A stretch of DNA of 64,000 bases from Magnetococcales bacterium HCHbin5 (GCA_002753505.1 PEAG01000004.1:47785-111784), one strand, 5' to 3'. Counted from the first letter of the stretch, positions 53,812 to 62,822 are shown. Notes: generated by a model not told the origin, from the letters alone. Numbers and translations: made by a program.

Positions 53812-54604
53812 CGACCTGCAGGGAGATGGGGAGCCGCATGCTCCCCGTCTCCCCCTGATAAAATACCTGAGACCTTTATGGATCGCCCTGGGACTGCTGA
53901 CCCGGGTGCCGGTTCGGCTGTCTGTTCCTCCCTCCGAACAGGAAATGGGCCATTCGGTGTTGGCCTATCCCGTGGTGGGCCTGTTGTTGGGCGGTTGTTT
54001 GGCCGGGTTGGCGATCGTATTCCCCTTTTGGGGGCAGGATCTGCAGGCCGCTCTGCTGCTGGCCTGCTGGGTATGGATGACGGGGGGGTTGCATCTGGAT
54101 GGCTTGGCGGATAGTGCCGATGCCTGGGTCGGTGGCATGGGCAACCGGGAGCGGAGTCTGGCCATCCTGAAAGATGCCTGTAGTGGTCCCATGGCCATCG
54201 TTACCCTCGTGCTGCTGCTGTTGATCAAATGGGCTGCAATCAAGGCTCTGTTGCTGGCGGATCAACCCGGGTTGTTCATCCTCCCACCCATGCTGGGACG
54301 GGGGGGGATGGTCCTGATTTTTTTAACACTCCCCTATGTGCGCAGCAACGGCATGGGTGCAGCGGCGGCCCGCATGGTGCCCAGAACGGGTGGCTGGATC
54401 GTGTTGGCTGCCGTGAGCGGGGGCTGTCTCTATGGGTATGGCAACCTGGCCCTGTTGACGCTGCTCTGTTGTCTGGGGGTGCTTGGGCTGCTGCGGCGGT
54501 TGCTGCGGCAGCGTCTGGGTGGTACCACCGGCGATACCGTCGGAGCCGTCTGTGAACTGCTGGAAATGGTCGCACTGCTGGCACTGGTGCATGGGGTGGC
54601 GTAA
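53801..54604 (+). CDS. cobS: adenosylcobinamide-GDP ribazoletransferase (cobalamin synthase)
   Basis: There is no in-frame ATG. The GTG at 53801 overlaps the cobT 3' end by 11 nt and gives about 267 aa. LGLLTRVPV, HLDGLADSADA, and polytopic. Confidence 0.75.
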   Translation: MPIDDLQGDGEPHAPRLPLIKYLRPLWIALGLLTRVPVRLSVPPSEQEMGHSVLAYPVVGLLLGGCLAGLAIVFPFWGQDLQAALLLACWVWMTGGLHLDGLADSADAWVGGMGNRERSLAILKDACSGPMAIVTLVLLLLIKWAAIKALLLADQPGLFILPPMLGRGGMVLIFLTLPYVRSNGMGAAAARMVPRTGGWIVLAAVSGGCLYGYGNLALLTLLCCLGVLGLLRRLLRQRLGGTTGDTVGAVCELLEMVALLALVHGVA

Positions 54605-54719
54605 GCAGACTTCAACCATCCGGTCCGGCCAACAGGAGAGCGCACAATTTTGTACACCATTCTTGCATGCAACCCGTCACTTGGCTTTTCTTTATCATTC
54701 TATATGGCAAGGTAGATGG

Positions 54720-56999
54720 ATGGGCACTCTCCCGTTGACCAGAATATCCTGGTTTCCTCATAAATCCGTACTCGGCCTGGCGGTATTGTTGGCCCTGCCA
54801 ACCGCAGCAGCGGCCTTTTCGTTGGGAGACATTCAGGTTCGCACCCCGTTTGGTGAACCGTTTCAGGCGAAAATTCCCCTGTTGCTCTACCCGGATGAAC
54901 AGGCCAAGGGGGCCGAGGCCGCTTTGGCCGACGCGGACGCCTATCAACTGTTAAAATTGCCGCGCGATTTGGTCGTCAGCCAAATCAAGGTCCAATTACA
55001 GGGTAAAGGGGCCAACCGAAGCATTGTTTTGCACAGCGACACCCCTCTGCGAACGCCATTTTTTAACGTATTGCTGAAGACCACGGTGGGTGCGGGTTCC
55101 CACTATCGCAATTATCCTGTTTTTTTGAAACTGCCCCAGGAGGGGTTGGCAACCGGGGCCGCCGTCCGGCAGCGCGCCTCATCACCCAACCGGGAAGCAC
55201 CCCGTACCCAACGACAAACCACACCATCGAAAACGGCGCAGTCGATAGGCGGTGCCGATCAGCGCAGCTACGGCCCCGTACAGGCTGGGGAGAGTTTTTA
55301 TGGTATTGCCAGAAAGCTGCAACCCCCGGGAGCCTCTCTCCCGCAAACACTGGCCGCGCTCTGGTCACTCAATAAAGATAAACCTGAGATTCATGACATT
55401 CGCGCTTTGCCGGTTGGGATCATGCTGGATCTGCCTGCTCGGGCGGCAATAATGCAGCTTTCCGCTGCCGAGGCGAAGCGGATTTTAGAGTCGAAACAGC
55501 CGTCCGACAAGGCAAAGCCTGCGGTTGCGGCGACGGTTACGGAGCAGGCGGTTCCTCCGGTTGTGGCCACGGTCACACCTGCGGCGACATCTGCGGCGAC
55601 GCCTGCCGTCGCTCCCCCGGCCATGCCCGCGGTATCGAGCCCTGTGATTGCCACAGCGCATGTCACCCCCTTGCCCCCAGGAAGCCAGGCCAGTCAGGAA
55701 AAATCCTCACCTCCCGCCGCTATGGAGTCTACCCACTCCGCGGCTCCTCCCTCTGCAACGGTGGAACAAGAGGCAAAGCCAAATCCTATTTCCCCTGCCC
55801 TGCGTTTGGAAGAGCTGGACCAACGTTTGACAGCCCGTGTCAATAATGCACTGGAGCAGGTGACTCTGCTGTCCAATAAGGTGACAGAGATGGCCCAACA
55901 GGGCCTTCAGACGGCGACGGAGTTGGGTGCGTTGCAACGCCAGTTGACTGAGATCCAGGCGCGCTTGCGGTTGATCGAGCAAAAATCGGGTGTGGCAAAC
56001 AGGACGGAACCAACGCAGGCTGCGCCTGTGGTGTCGGAAAAGCGTCTGCCCCTGCCGCCCAAAGTGGCACTGGAGCCTGCCCCGGACGCGCTGTCACTGC
56101 TCGCTGATCTGCCAGAGTTGTTGTATGCCGGAGCATCGGTAGCGGTTTTGTTGCTGATGCTTTTGCTGGTGCGGTTGCGGCGGAAGAGGGTCGAATCGCA
56201 GGCTGTGCCCGTGCTGGACGCGGCGGAGCCCATGGTACCGCTGGAACCTTCCCGGCTACCCGCAGAGGAGCCGGGAAGTGGGGTTCTGGCTGCAACCGAG
56301 CCGGAGAGGGCTGCCCAGGTGGCTGTTGAGAGGTTGGAGCGCAGCGTGCCGGTTGCAACCGAGCCACCGTTGACAGAACGGCGTGTTGTCCCGCCGGCGG
56401 TTCCCGAGCCCATGCCTACGCCCGCGCCTACAGTCGCCATTCTGCTGGAAAGGTTGGCGGATGGCACGGACTGGGAGGATTTGGACCATCCCGGGGAGGC
56501 TGTCGCTCCGCAAGTCACTTTGTCGCCCCCGGCGAAGCCCGTCAAGGCTGTTTTGGCGGCGTCGCCCTTTCAAGAGGAGGAGGGAGAGAGTGGTCTGGTT
56601 GCGCCACTGGCCTCTTTGCGGGGTGGCAATGCGGGCAGGGTGCCGCAAGAAAACACGGCACCCGTTTCCTTGCAGTACTCTGCTGAACTGCAGGATGATG
56701 AGCGTGTTGAAGAGATTGCAGGGGATGAGGATGGGGAGGAGGAGTCCATTTTCAAGGAGTTGCTGGAGGGGGAGCCCCGGCAGGAGCGTGAGCCCCCGCC
56801 CCCCGTGCGGCGGGCCGGGTTGGCTGTTGCCACTGCGGGAAAGGAGGGGGATGAACCGTTGGAAATGTTTGAATTCAATCCGGTAGCAGTTGCTTCGGTC
56901 AACCAGAAAACAGTGGTTGTTCCTCCACCCAAAACGGCAAAGCCGGAACAGGATTTGGCAGGGGGTGTGGTGTTGGAGTGGGTGGAGGATGAAAAATAG
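54720..56999 (+). CDS. FimV/HubP-like polar-organiser-type protein (FimV N-domain, LysM, coiled coil, TM, acidic tail)
   Basis: Signal peptide, then FSLGDIQVRTPFGEPFQAKIPLLL (FimV N-terminal motif). LysM-like YGPVQAGESFYGIARKL...LPVGIMLDLP. Pro/Ala-rich linker, coiled coil, TM (LLYAGASVAVLLLMLLLV), Glu/Asp-rich C-terminus. Confidence 0.65.
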   Translation: MGTLPLTRISWFPHKSVLGLAVLLALPTAAAAFSLGDIQVRTPFGEPFQAKIPLLLYPDEQAKGAEAALADADAYQLLKLPRDLVVSQIKVQLQGKGANRSIVLHSDTPLRTPFFNVLLKTTVGAGSHYRNYPVFLKLPQEGLATGAAVRQRASSPNREAPRTQRQTTPSKTAQSIGGADQRSYGPVQAGESFYGIARKLQPPGASLPQTLAALWSLNKDKPEIHDIRALPVGIMLDLPARAAIMQLSAAEAKRILESKQPSDKAKPAVAATVTEQAVPPVVATVTPAATSAATPAVAPPAMPAVSSPVIATAHVTPLPPGSQASQEKSSPPAAMESTHSAAPPSATVEQEAKPNPISPALRLEELDQRLTARVNNALEQVTLLSNKVTEMAQQGLQTATELGALQRQLTEIQARLRLIEQKSGVANRTEPTQAAPVVSEKRLPLPPKVALEPAPDALSLLADLPELLYAGASVAVLLLMLLLVRLRRKRVESQAVPVLDAAEPMVPLEPSRLPAEEPGSGVLAATEPERAAQVAVERLERSVPVATEPPLTERRVVPPAVPEPMPTPAPTVAILLERLADGTDWEDLDHPGEAVAPQVTLSPPAKPVKAVLAASPFQEEEGESGLVAPLASLRGGNAGRVPQENTAPVSLQYSAELQDDERVEEIAGDEDGEEESIFKELLEGEPRQEREPPPPVRRAGLAVATAGKEGDEPLEMFEFNPVAVASVNQKTVVVPPPKTAKPEQDLAGGVVLEWVEDEK

Positions 57000-57771
57000 G
57001 CAGGGGGTTCTGAGTGGGGACTCTTTTTTGGAGCGGTGTGATCCCCGCGCCAAGTTGGTTGCGCTGTTTTTGTTTATGCCCATTCTGTTGGCTCAACCGT
57101 TGATCTCCTGGGGGTGGGGGATGGCGGTGGTGTTGCTGGCGTGGGGGTTTTGTGCGGGTTTGACGGTTTTGTGGTCTCCTCTGTTGCGGCAGGTGTGGCG
57201 TTTGCGTTGGTTTTTTGCCACTCTCCTGTTGTTGCATGGTCTGTTGACGCCGGGTCAGCCGTTGTGGCCGGGTTGGGAGCTGGTCAGTCGGGAAGGGGTT
57301 TTGGAAGGGATGCAGCAGAGTGTGCGCCTGATTATGCTGGTTGCCCTCTCCTGGATGCTGGTGCGTACCACCACCCCGTTGCAGTGGGTGTTTGGTCTTT
57401 ATCGGCTTTTTGGTGGGTTGGGTCGGTTGGGTTGGCCGGTCAAACAGTGGTTTTCCATCATGGCTTTTGCCTTGGGTTCCATTCCGTATCTGTTGCAGGA
57501 GAGTCAGCGGGTGGGGCAGGATCTGTTGTTGCGCTTGACACCCGCTTCACCAGCCCGTTGGCACACCCGGTTGCAGCGCACAGCCCAGGGGGGGGAAGCA
57601 CTGTTGTTTCGGTTGTTGACGGTTGCCCGTGCCCAGGAGGAGTCTTTGGCCGCCCGCGGGATGGGGGAGGGGTTGCCTTTTGTTGTGCTGCAGCAAACGG
57701 TATTGGGTTGGCGGGATCTGCTTTTGTTGACGTTGCCCGCTGCCATTTTGCTGGGTGTGACCCTGCTTTGA
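56989..57771 (+). CDS. CbiQ/EcfT-family energy-coupling-factor transporter transmembrane subunit (orphan)
   Basis: LERCDPRAKLVALFLFMPILL opening and 5-6 TM spans typical of CbiQ/EcfT. It overlaps the fimV-like 3' end by 11 nt. No EcfA or S component is adjacent. Confidence 0.6.
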   Translation: MKNRQGVLSGDSFLERCDPRAKLVALFLFMPILLAQPLISWGWGMAVVLLAWGFCAGLTVLWSPLLRQVWRLRWFFATLLLLHGLLTPGQPLWPGWELVSREGVLEGMQQSVRLIMLVALSWMLVRTTTPLQWVFGLYRLFGGLGRLGWPVKQWFSIMAFALGSIPYLLQESQRVGQDLLLRLTPASPARWHTRLQRTAQGGEALLFRLLTVARAQEESLAARGMGEGLPFVVLQQTVLGWRDLLLLTLPAAILLGVTLL

Positions 57772-57795
57772 TGCGCAGATGTTCCGTTAAAACAG

Positions 57796-57858
57796 TTGCA
57801 GGGGTCCGGGGGGCGTCACAGTCCCCAGCGGGTGCAGGGGCCGGAGCTCCTGCTGCAA
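57796..57858. repeat. degenerate copy of the dispersed palindromic element
   Basis: TTGCAGGGGTCcGGGGggCGTCACaGTCCCCAGcGGGTGCAGGGGCcggAGCtCCTGCtGCAA. It is intergenic, 45 nt upstream of the MNT gene. Confidence 0.7.
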
Positions 57859-57902
57859 TTAAAACAGGTTCATATTTCCCAGGGTCGAAAGGAGGCACAT
57901 GC

Positions 57903-58193
57903 ATGCAACGCGATCAGGTGATGGATCTCCTTGCCAGTCATATGGAGTATTTGCGCCGGGAATTCGGCGTGGCTCGTCTGGCCGTGTTCGGTTCCACGGC
58001 GCGGAATATGGCCCGGGAGGACAGTGATGTGGATGTGCTGGTGGCCTTCGATGGTCCATCCACATCGGCGCGTTTTTTTGGTGTCCAGTTCTATCTGGAA
58101 GATTTACTGGGACGGCCGGTGGATCTGGTGACCGAAAAGGCACTGCGACCGGAGTTGCGTCCCATCATCGAACGCGAGGTGATCCGTGTCTAA
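57903..58193 (+). CDS. minimal nucleotidyltransferase (MntA-type antitoxin)
   Basis: 96 aa with VFGSTARNMAREDSDVDVLV, the pol-beta NTase signature. Confidence 0.85.
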   Translation: MQRDQVMDLLASHMEYLRREFGVARLAVFGSTARNMAREDSDVDVLVAFDGPSTSARFFGVQFYLEDLLGRPVDLVTEKALRPELRPIIEREVIRV

Positions 58194-58587
58194 AGAAACG
58201 GGCGGCTTGCCGCAGCGGGCCTGGGATTTCTATCTTGACGATATGATCGCCTTTACCGAAAAGGTGCTTGGCTATACAGCGGGCCTGGACCGGGCAGGTT
58301 TCGAGGCCGACGGCCTGACCTTTGATGCCACGGTGCGCAATCTGGAATTGATTGGCGAGGCCGCCAGCCATATTCCTCAAATAGTGCGGGAGGGTGCCCC
58401 GGCCATTCCGTGGCGGCTGGTCATCGCCACCCGCAATCGTTTGATCCATGGTTACCTTGGCATCGACAACGATATCCTGTGGAGTATCATCCAGGATGAT
58501 CTTTCGGGTTTGTTGGCCAACCTGCGTGAACTCAAAGCGCGGATGGCACACGACGCCTCAAGGATGGTTCAAGTTTCGGAAAAATGA
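58186..58587 (+). CDS. DUF86/HEPN-domain protein (HepT-type toxin)
   Basis: GTG start overlapping the MNT gene by 8 nt. RNRLIHGY (Rx4H) HEPN motif. Confidence 0.85.
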   Translation: MSKETGGLPQRAWDFYLDDMIAFTEKVLGYTAGLDRAGFEADGLTFDATVRNLELIGEAASHIPQIVREGAPAIPWRLVIATRNRLIHGYLGIDNDILWSIIQDDLSGLLANLRELKARMAHDASRMVQVSEK

Positions 58588-58744
58588 ACATTTGCACAGC
58601 AAGATTTATCAGTCGATTCTGTTAATGGCATGGTTTAGGCGAGATCCGCAGTTTAGCATCTCAGCTGGTCAGGAATACGGGGTCTTTAGTTTCTACGGAT
58701 ACCAAAACAGGTGCGGTTTAAAATAAAAAAGCACGGGTCTGATA

Positions 58745-59536
58745 ATGCCGATCTTTCATGCGCAAGGCTGGTCCCATTTTTCCACTTTGGCCTTTTTGAC
58801 CCTGCTGGAGGGGGCCCGGCAACGGCTTGTTGTCGTTTTGCTGGGCATACTGCTGGTTGGACTCTCGTTGGCGGGTTTTGCCGGTGCCTTGGCCATCACG
58901 GAGGCCAGAGAGGTGCGCAGCACACTGCTGGGGGCCTTTTTGCGGTTTGCAGCCGCACTGTTGACCGCCCTTTATGTTCTGCATAGCCAGTTCCGGGCCT
59001 ACCACGACAAGGGGCTGGAACAGCTTTTTTCGCTGCCATTGACGCGGACAGTCTATCTGTTTGGCAAACTGGCCGGCTACGGTTTGCTGATCATGATCAT
59101 GGTGGGGCTCTTCTCGGGCGTCCTGCTGTTTTTCGCACCACCGCTCCAGGTGGCTTTGTGGGGGGGATCGCTGTTGCTGGAACTGTGGATTGTGGCCGCC
59201 TTCAGCTTCTGGGTGCAGTTGACGATCCGCTCTTTTCCTGCGGCCTTTCTGATGGTGCTGTTTTTTTATGTGCTGGCCAGAACGTTGACCAGTCTGCAAC
59301 TGGTCGGGCAAGGGGTCATCATGCCCCAACACAGCCCCTATTTTCAGGCAATCAACGCCGTGCTGGCTGCCATTGGGTTTATCCTGCCCGGCCTGGACCG
59401 CTTTACCCAGTCGGAATGGTTGGCCTACGGTTCGGGCCAATGGGAGGATTTGCTGTTTGTTTGTGGTCAGGGGGTCATATATCTTATCCTGTTGGCAGCT
59501 CTTGCCCTGATTGATCTGTACCGGAAGAGTCTGTAA
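58745..59536 (+). CDS. polytopic membrane protein (ABC-2/NosY-like permease fold is possible)
   Basis: 263 aa with about six hydrophobic spans. No partner ATPase is present in the window. The family call is weak. Confidence 0.35.
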   Translation: MPIFHAQGWSHFSTLAFLTLLEGARQRLVVVLLGILLVGLSLAGFAGALAITEAREVRSTLLGAFLRFAAALLTALYVLHSQFRAYHDKGLEQLFSLPLTRTVYLFGKLAGYGLLIMIMVGLFSGVLLFFAPPLQVALWGGSLLLELWIVAAFSFWVQLTIRSFPAAFLMVLFFYVLARTLTSLQLVGQGVIMPQHSPYFQAINAVLAAIGFILPGLDRFTQSEWLAYGSGQWEDLLFVCGQGVIYLILLAALALIDLYRKSL

Positions 59537-61226
59537 AGCGGCACAGGTTAAGCAGCTCCTGCGCGTGATGTCGGGCGGGTGTCGTGATCTCCTCGCCTGC
59601 CAGCATCCGGGCCAACTCCTCTATCCGGGCCTCGGGCGTCAGCGCAGTCACGGTGACCGTGGTCTGCTCTTCCTGGGTGGCTTTTTCCACTTTGAGATGG
59701 TGGTTTCCCCACGCAGCCACCTGGGGCAGGTGGGTGACAGCCAGGACTTGGCGTTCCAGGGCGATATGGGCCATTTTGGCACCGATTCCGGAGGCAACCC
59801 GACCTCCAACCCCCACATCGACTTCATCAAAGATAAGCGTTGATACCGGCAGCAGATGGGCCAGGGTGGTTTTCAGGGCCAGGGTGATGCGGGAGAGTTC
59901 TCCCCCGGAGGCAATCAGATGGAGCGGTTTTAACGGCTCTCCGGGGTTGGGGCTGACCTGAAACAGGACATCTTCCAACCCGGTTGAACGGGGTTCCCCT
60001 TTTCTGGTCTGGGTGGTGGCCAAAAAACGGGCGTTGGCCATATGCAGGGCCTGCAATTGCGTTTCGACCGCCTGGCCAAGGCGTGCGGCGGCGGCCTGGC
60101 GGGATTTTCCCAACTGCCGGGCTGCTTGCAAATAGGCCTCTTTGGCCTGGGCATGGGCCTGATCCAACTGTTTTTCCCGCTCTTCGGCTGATTCCAGCAG
60201 ATGGATCTCCTGCTGCCATTGCTGCATCAACTCCGGCAATTGTGCCACCTCCCGCCGATGTTTGCGTGCCAGACGGCGCAGCAGATCCAGGCGATCTTCC
60301 AGCAACTCCAACTGGCTGGGATCCAGCTCCAGCCCCTCCAGGTAGTCCCGGACCCGCTCCCCCACATCATCCAGCTCATATTGCAGGGAGCGTACGGTGG
60401 TGGCGATGGGCTCCAGGGAGGGGTCCAGATCCAACACCGATTCCAACTCGTTGGCAGCGCGTCCGGTCAGGGTTGTGGCGGGGAGGTTGTTTTCCAGCAG
60501 CAGCTCCAGGGCACTTTGGGCCGCCTGGGCCAAGCGGCTGGCATGGGCCAGGCGGGAGCGTTGCTGTTCCAGTTCGGCCATTTCGTCGGGCTTGATGGCG
60601 GCGGCTTCCAATTCGTTCAATTGGAAGCTTAAGAAGGCATGACGATCGGCCGCATCCGCCTCTCTTTGGCGGATGGCCTTCTGTTCGGTGACGATGGCAT
60701 GCCACTGTTCAAAGCAGCGTTTCACCGCCTGCAGCAGGGGGGCGTGGTTGGCAAATTCGTCCAGAATGGCGAGGTGGGCGTTGGGGTCCAGCAATGTTTG
60801 ATGGTCATTCTGGCCATGGATCTCCACCAGCAGGGTACCCAGTTCAGCCAGCGTGGCCAGGGGGACCGTTGTTTCATTGATGAAGGCGCGGCTGCGGCCA
60901 TTGCCGGACAGCACACGCCGCAAAAAAAGCTCTTCTTCTGCGGAGTCATCCACCGGTTCGCCGGTTTCGCTCAACTCTTTTTCACGGAGCCATCGGTGGG
61001 CGGCGTGGGAGGCAGGCAGCCGGAAGCGGGCGGAGACGGTGGCGCGTTCCGTGCCGGAGCGAATCAGGCTGGTATCGGCTCGTGCCCCCAATACCAATGA
61101 CAACGCATCAATAATAATGGATTTTCCCGCCCCTGTTTCACCGGTGAGAATGGTGAGTTTGCTGTTGAATTCCAGTTCCATACGGGGGATAAGGGCAATA
61201 TTTTCGACGGTCAGTTGACGAAGCAT
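59484..61226 (-). CDS. recN: DNA repair protein RecN
   Basis: MLRQLTVENIALI...LTGETGAGKSIIIDAL Walker A, long coiled coil, SGGELSRITLAL signature, LIFDEVDVGVGG Walker B. Confidence 0.95.
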   Translation of the reverse strand: MLRQLTVENIALIPRMELEFNSKLTILTGETGAGKSIIIDALSLVLGARADTSLIRSGTERATVSARFRLPASHAAHRWLREKELSETGEPVDDSAEEELFLRRVLSGNGRSRAFINETTVPLATLAELGTLLVEIHGQNDHQTLLDPNAHLAILDEFANHAPLLQAVKRCFEQWHAIVTEQKAIRQREADAADRHAFLSFQLNELEAAAIKPDEMAELEQQRSRLAHASRLAQAAQSALELLLENNLPATTLTGRAANELESVLDLDPSLEPIATTVRSLQYELDDVGERVRDYLEGLELDPSQLELLEDRLDLLRRLARKHRREVAQLPELMQQWQQEIHLLESAEEREKQLDQAHAQAKEAYLQAARQLGKSRQAAAARLGQAVETQLQALHMANARFLATTQTRKGEPRSTGLEDVLFQVSPNPGEPLKPLHLIASGGELSRITLALKTTLAHLLPVSTLIFDEVDVGVGGRVASGIGAKMAHIALERQVLAVTHLPQVAAWGNHHLKVEKATQEEQTTVTVTALTPEARIEELARMLAGEEITTPARHHAQELLNLCRFTDSSGTDQSGQELPTG

Positions 61227-61374
61227 GGCAAACCTTCATACACGGGATCAAACGGGCAAATGGCTACGGGAATCGACGGGGGACAGTATCCCTTGTCTGT
61301 CGTTTATGTGCAAGTTGCATGATAGGGGTTGACGCATGGGGGGTAAATGAGGTAGAACGCATTCCCAGTGGAAG

Positions 61375-61449
61375 GCCGCCTTAGCTCAGTGGTAGAGCAG
61401 CTCACTCGTAATGAGCAGGTCTTCGGTTCGAGTCCGAAAGGCGGCTCCA
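61375..61449 (+). tRNA. tRNA-Thr (anticodon CGT)
   Basis: Hand-folded cloverleaf: acceptor GCCGCCT/AGGCGGC, D arm GCTC-AGTGGTA-GAGC, anticodon arm GCTCA-CTCGTAA-TGAGC, T arm TTCGG-TTCGAGT-CCGAA, encoded CCA. Confidence 0.9.
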
Positions 61450-61467
61450 GTAAAATCAAACACTTGC

Positions 61468-61496
61468 GGTCATCCTTTGGATGGCCGTTTTTGTTT
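61468..61496 (+). terminator. rho-independent terminator after tRNA-Thr
   Basis: GGTCATCC-ttt-GGATGGCC hairpin (one G-U pair) followed by GTTTTTGTTT. Confidence 0.6.
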
Positions 61497-61760
61497 GGGG
61501 TGTGACTTGGGGTGTGACTTTGCATTGACTGGGTGTGAATGAGGGTGATTTCTCCCCCCCTCATCGGGTGCCTTGAATGTCGCGGGTTCACCGTGGGTTC
61601 CTTTCCAATATGGCCCACCACCCACCCGGCAACCACCCCGCCAGACAGTCACCCACCGTCACCGTGTCACCCTGGGGGGGTCTGCCCGGTCGGGTGGTGG
61701 GCATGATCACCCTGGGGGGAGAGCCACCCGGTTGTGATCCGATGTGATGACGATACGGAG

Positions 61761-61797
61761 AAAACGCAAGAGGAGACCGGCCCCTCTTGCCGGTCTC
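61761..61797 (-). terminator. putative terminator downstream of the phage-like minus-strand genes
   Basis: GAGACCGGC-N7-GCCGGTCTC perfect 9-bp hairpin. On the minus strand it is followed by CTCTTGCGTTTT, a weak U-tract. Confidence 0.4.
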
Positions 61798-61826
61798 ATG
61801 GTCGTTTGGTGGGTGGCAAGGAGAGG

Positions 61827-62291
61827 TTAGCCTGTTGCGCTGGCTTTCATGCCCGCACGCTGCAAAATCGCGTCTACCTCCACCTGCTGTTTGGCCAGCA
61901 TCGCCAGCAGTTCATCATCAGGGACTTGGCGCAAATCGAGAGATCTGGACAACTCAACTTGCTGCCGGTTGATCCCCCATTTTTTTGGTGATTGCTGTCC
62001 TGCCCTCCATTTGAGAGTTTCTATCTCCAGCCGTGCCGCCGCAATATCCTCTTTCGTGCCGCCTTTGGCAGATACTGCAACATCGAGCATCATATCTGCG
62101 AAAGTATCAGACTGGGCTTGTGCAGCCAGCAGGAAAGACCTCTCAGTCTCTGGGTCTTCAATGCGCCATCGTCGAATTGTGCTCATCGACGGCATATCGG
62201 GGGTTGCCAGGATTCGTCTCAAGGATTCCCCGTCGGCGATTCGATCACAAATGATTTGCACGGTCTCCGTGCGCGCGCGTAACGTGTCCAT
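61827..62291 (-). CDS. phage terminase small subunit-like protein
   Basis: ICDRIADGESLRRILATPDMPSMSTIRRWRIEDPE...FLLAAQAQSDTFADMMLDV...ARLEIETLKWRAGQQSPKKWG matches the HTH / Q-A-D / KW...KKYG pattern of small terminases. Confidence 0.65.
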   Translation of the reverse strand: MDTLRARTETVQIICDRIADGESLRRILATPDMPSMSTIRRWRIEDPETERSFLLAAQAQSDTFADMMLDVAVSAKGGTKEDIAAARLEIETLKWRAGQQSPKKWGINRQQVELSRSLDLRQVPDDELLAMLAKQQVEVDAILQRAGMKASATG

Positions 62292-62468
62292 TCATTCAAC
62301 TCCACAGGTTAACGACCGTTGCAAAACACAGTACTGTTGCATAAATGTCACAGTCAGACAGTTGCCTCGATTCAAGAATCCCGGTCATTAAGTATCGCAC
62401 GAAGGGAGATACGCGCCTTACTTGAGGGATCCGCCTTGGAGGGAGACTCCCCAGGAAGAATGTGCGAC

Positions 62469-62822
62469 TCATTCACCATCCCGCTGAATTTGCACATTCA
62501 CTTTTCTCGGCTGGTTATCACTCCGCTGAATTTGCACATTCACTTTTCTCGGCTGGTCGGTTGATGAACCTGAAATATCGTTCATAACAGCATTTCTGGC
62601 AGATAAACGCATCAGTAGGGGGTGTGTCATTTTTTCCATCTGTCCTACACCAATAGCCAACGCTTGCCGAATAACAGCCGCACGAGTCAATCGTCCGGGA
62701 AGTATTGCTTGGGTGTCGTCAGCCATTCCAATCGTGTCGGTCAGTGCGTCAAGTCGGTCAACCATCGTTTTGGTCATGCGGATGGACAAAATGGCGGTTT
62801 CAGGGTCATTTTTAGTGGTCAT
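62469..62822 (-). CDS. ribbon-helix-helix (CopG/Arc-like) protein with a tandemly repeated C-terminus
   Basis: Start chosen at MTTKNDPETAILSIRMTKTMVDRLDAL (beta-strand plus helix typical of RHH). The C-terminus carries two 14-aa repeats (QPRKVNVQIQR) encoded by a 42-nt tandem repeat. The real 3' end is uncertain. Confidence 0.45.
   Translation of the reverse strand: MTTKNDPETAILSIRMTKTMVDRLDALTDTIGMADDTQAILPGRLTRAAVIRQALAIGVGQMEKMTHPLLMRLSARNAVMNDISGSSTDQPRKVNVQIQRSDNQPRKVNVQIQRDGE
62481..62557. repeat. two perfect 35-nt direct repeats with a 42-nt period
   Basis: ccgctgaatttgcacattcacttttctcggctggt occurs at 62481-62515 and 62523-62557, separated by tatcact. Confidence 0.9.

Noticed and set aside
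59484-59536. 53-nt 3'-end overlap of the convergent membrane-protein gene and recN.
   Set aside because: Convergent overlaps of this size are not unusual in compact genomes. The RecN C-terminal extension could also reflect the real stop. There is no further signal.
61304-61652. Minus-strand ORFs (110 aa and 60 aa) overlapping the tRNA-Thr locus.
   Set aside because: They overlap a well-folded tRNA and its terminator and have no coding features.
61450-61830. Expected an integrase gene or a duplicated tRNA 3' end next to tRNA-Thr.
   Set aside because: There is no integrase-like ORF and no copy of the tRNA 3' segment within the window. The island hypothesis is kept only as a low-confidence finding.
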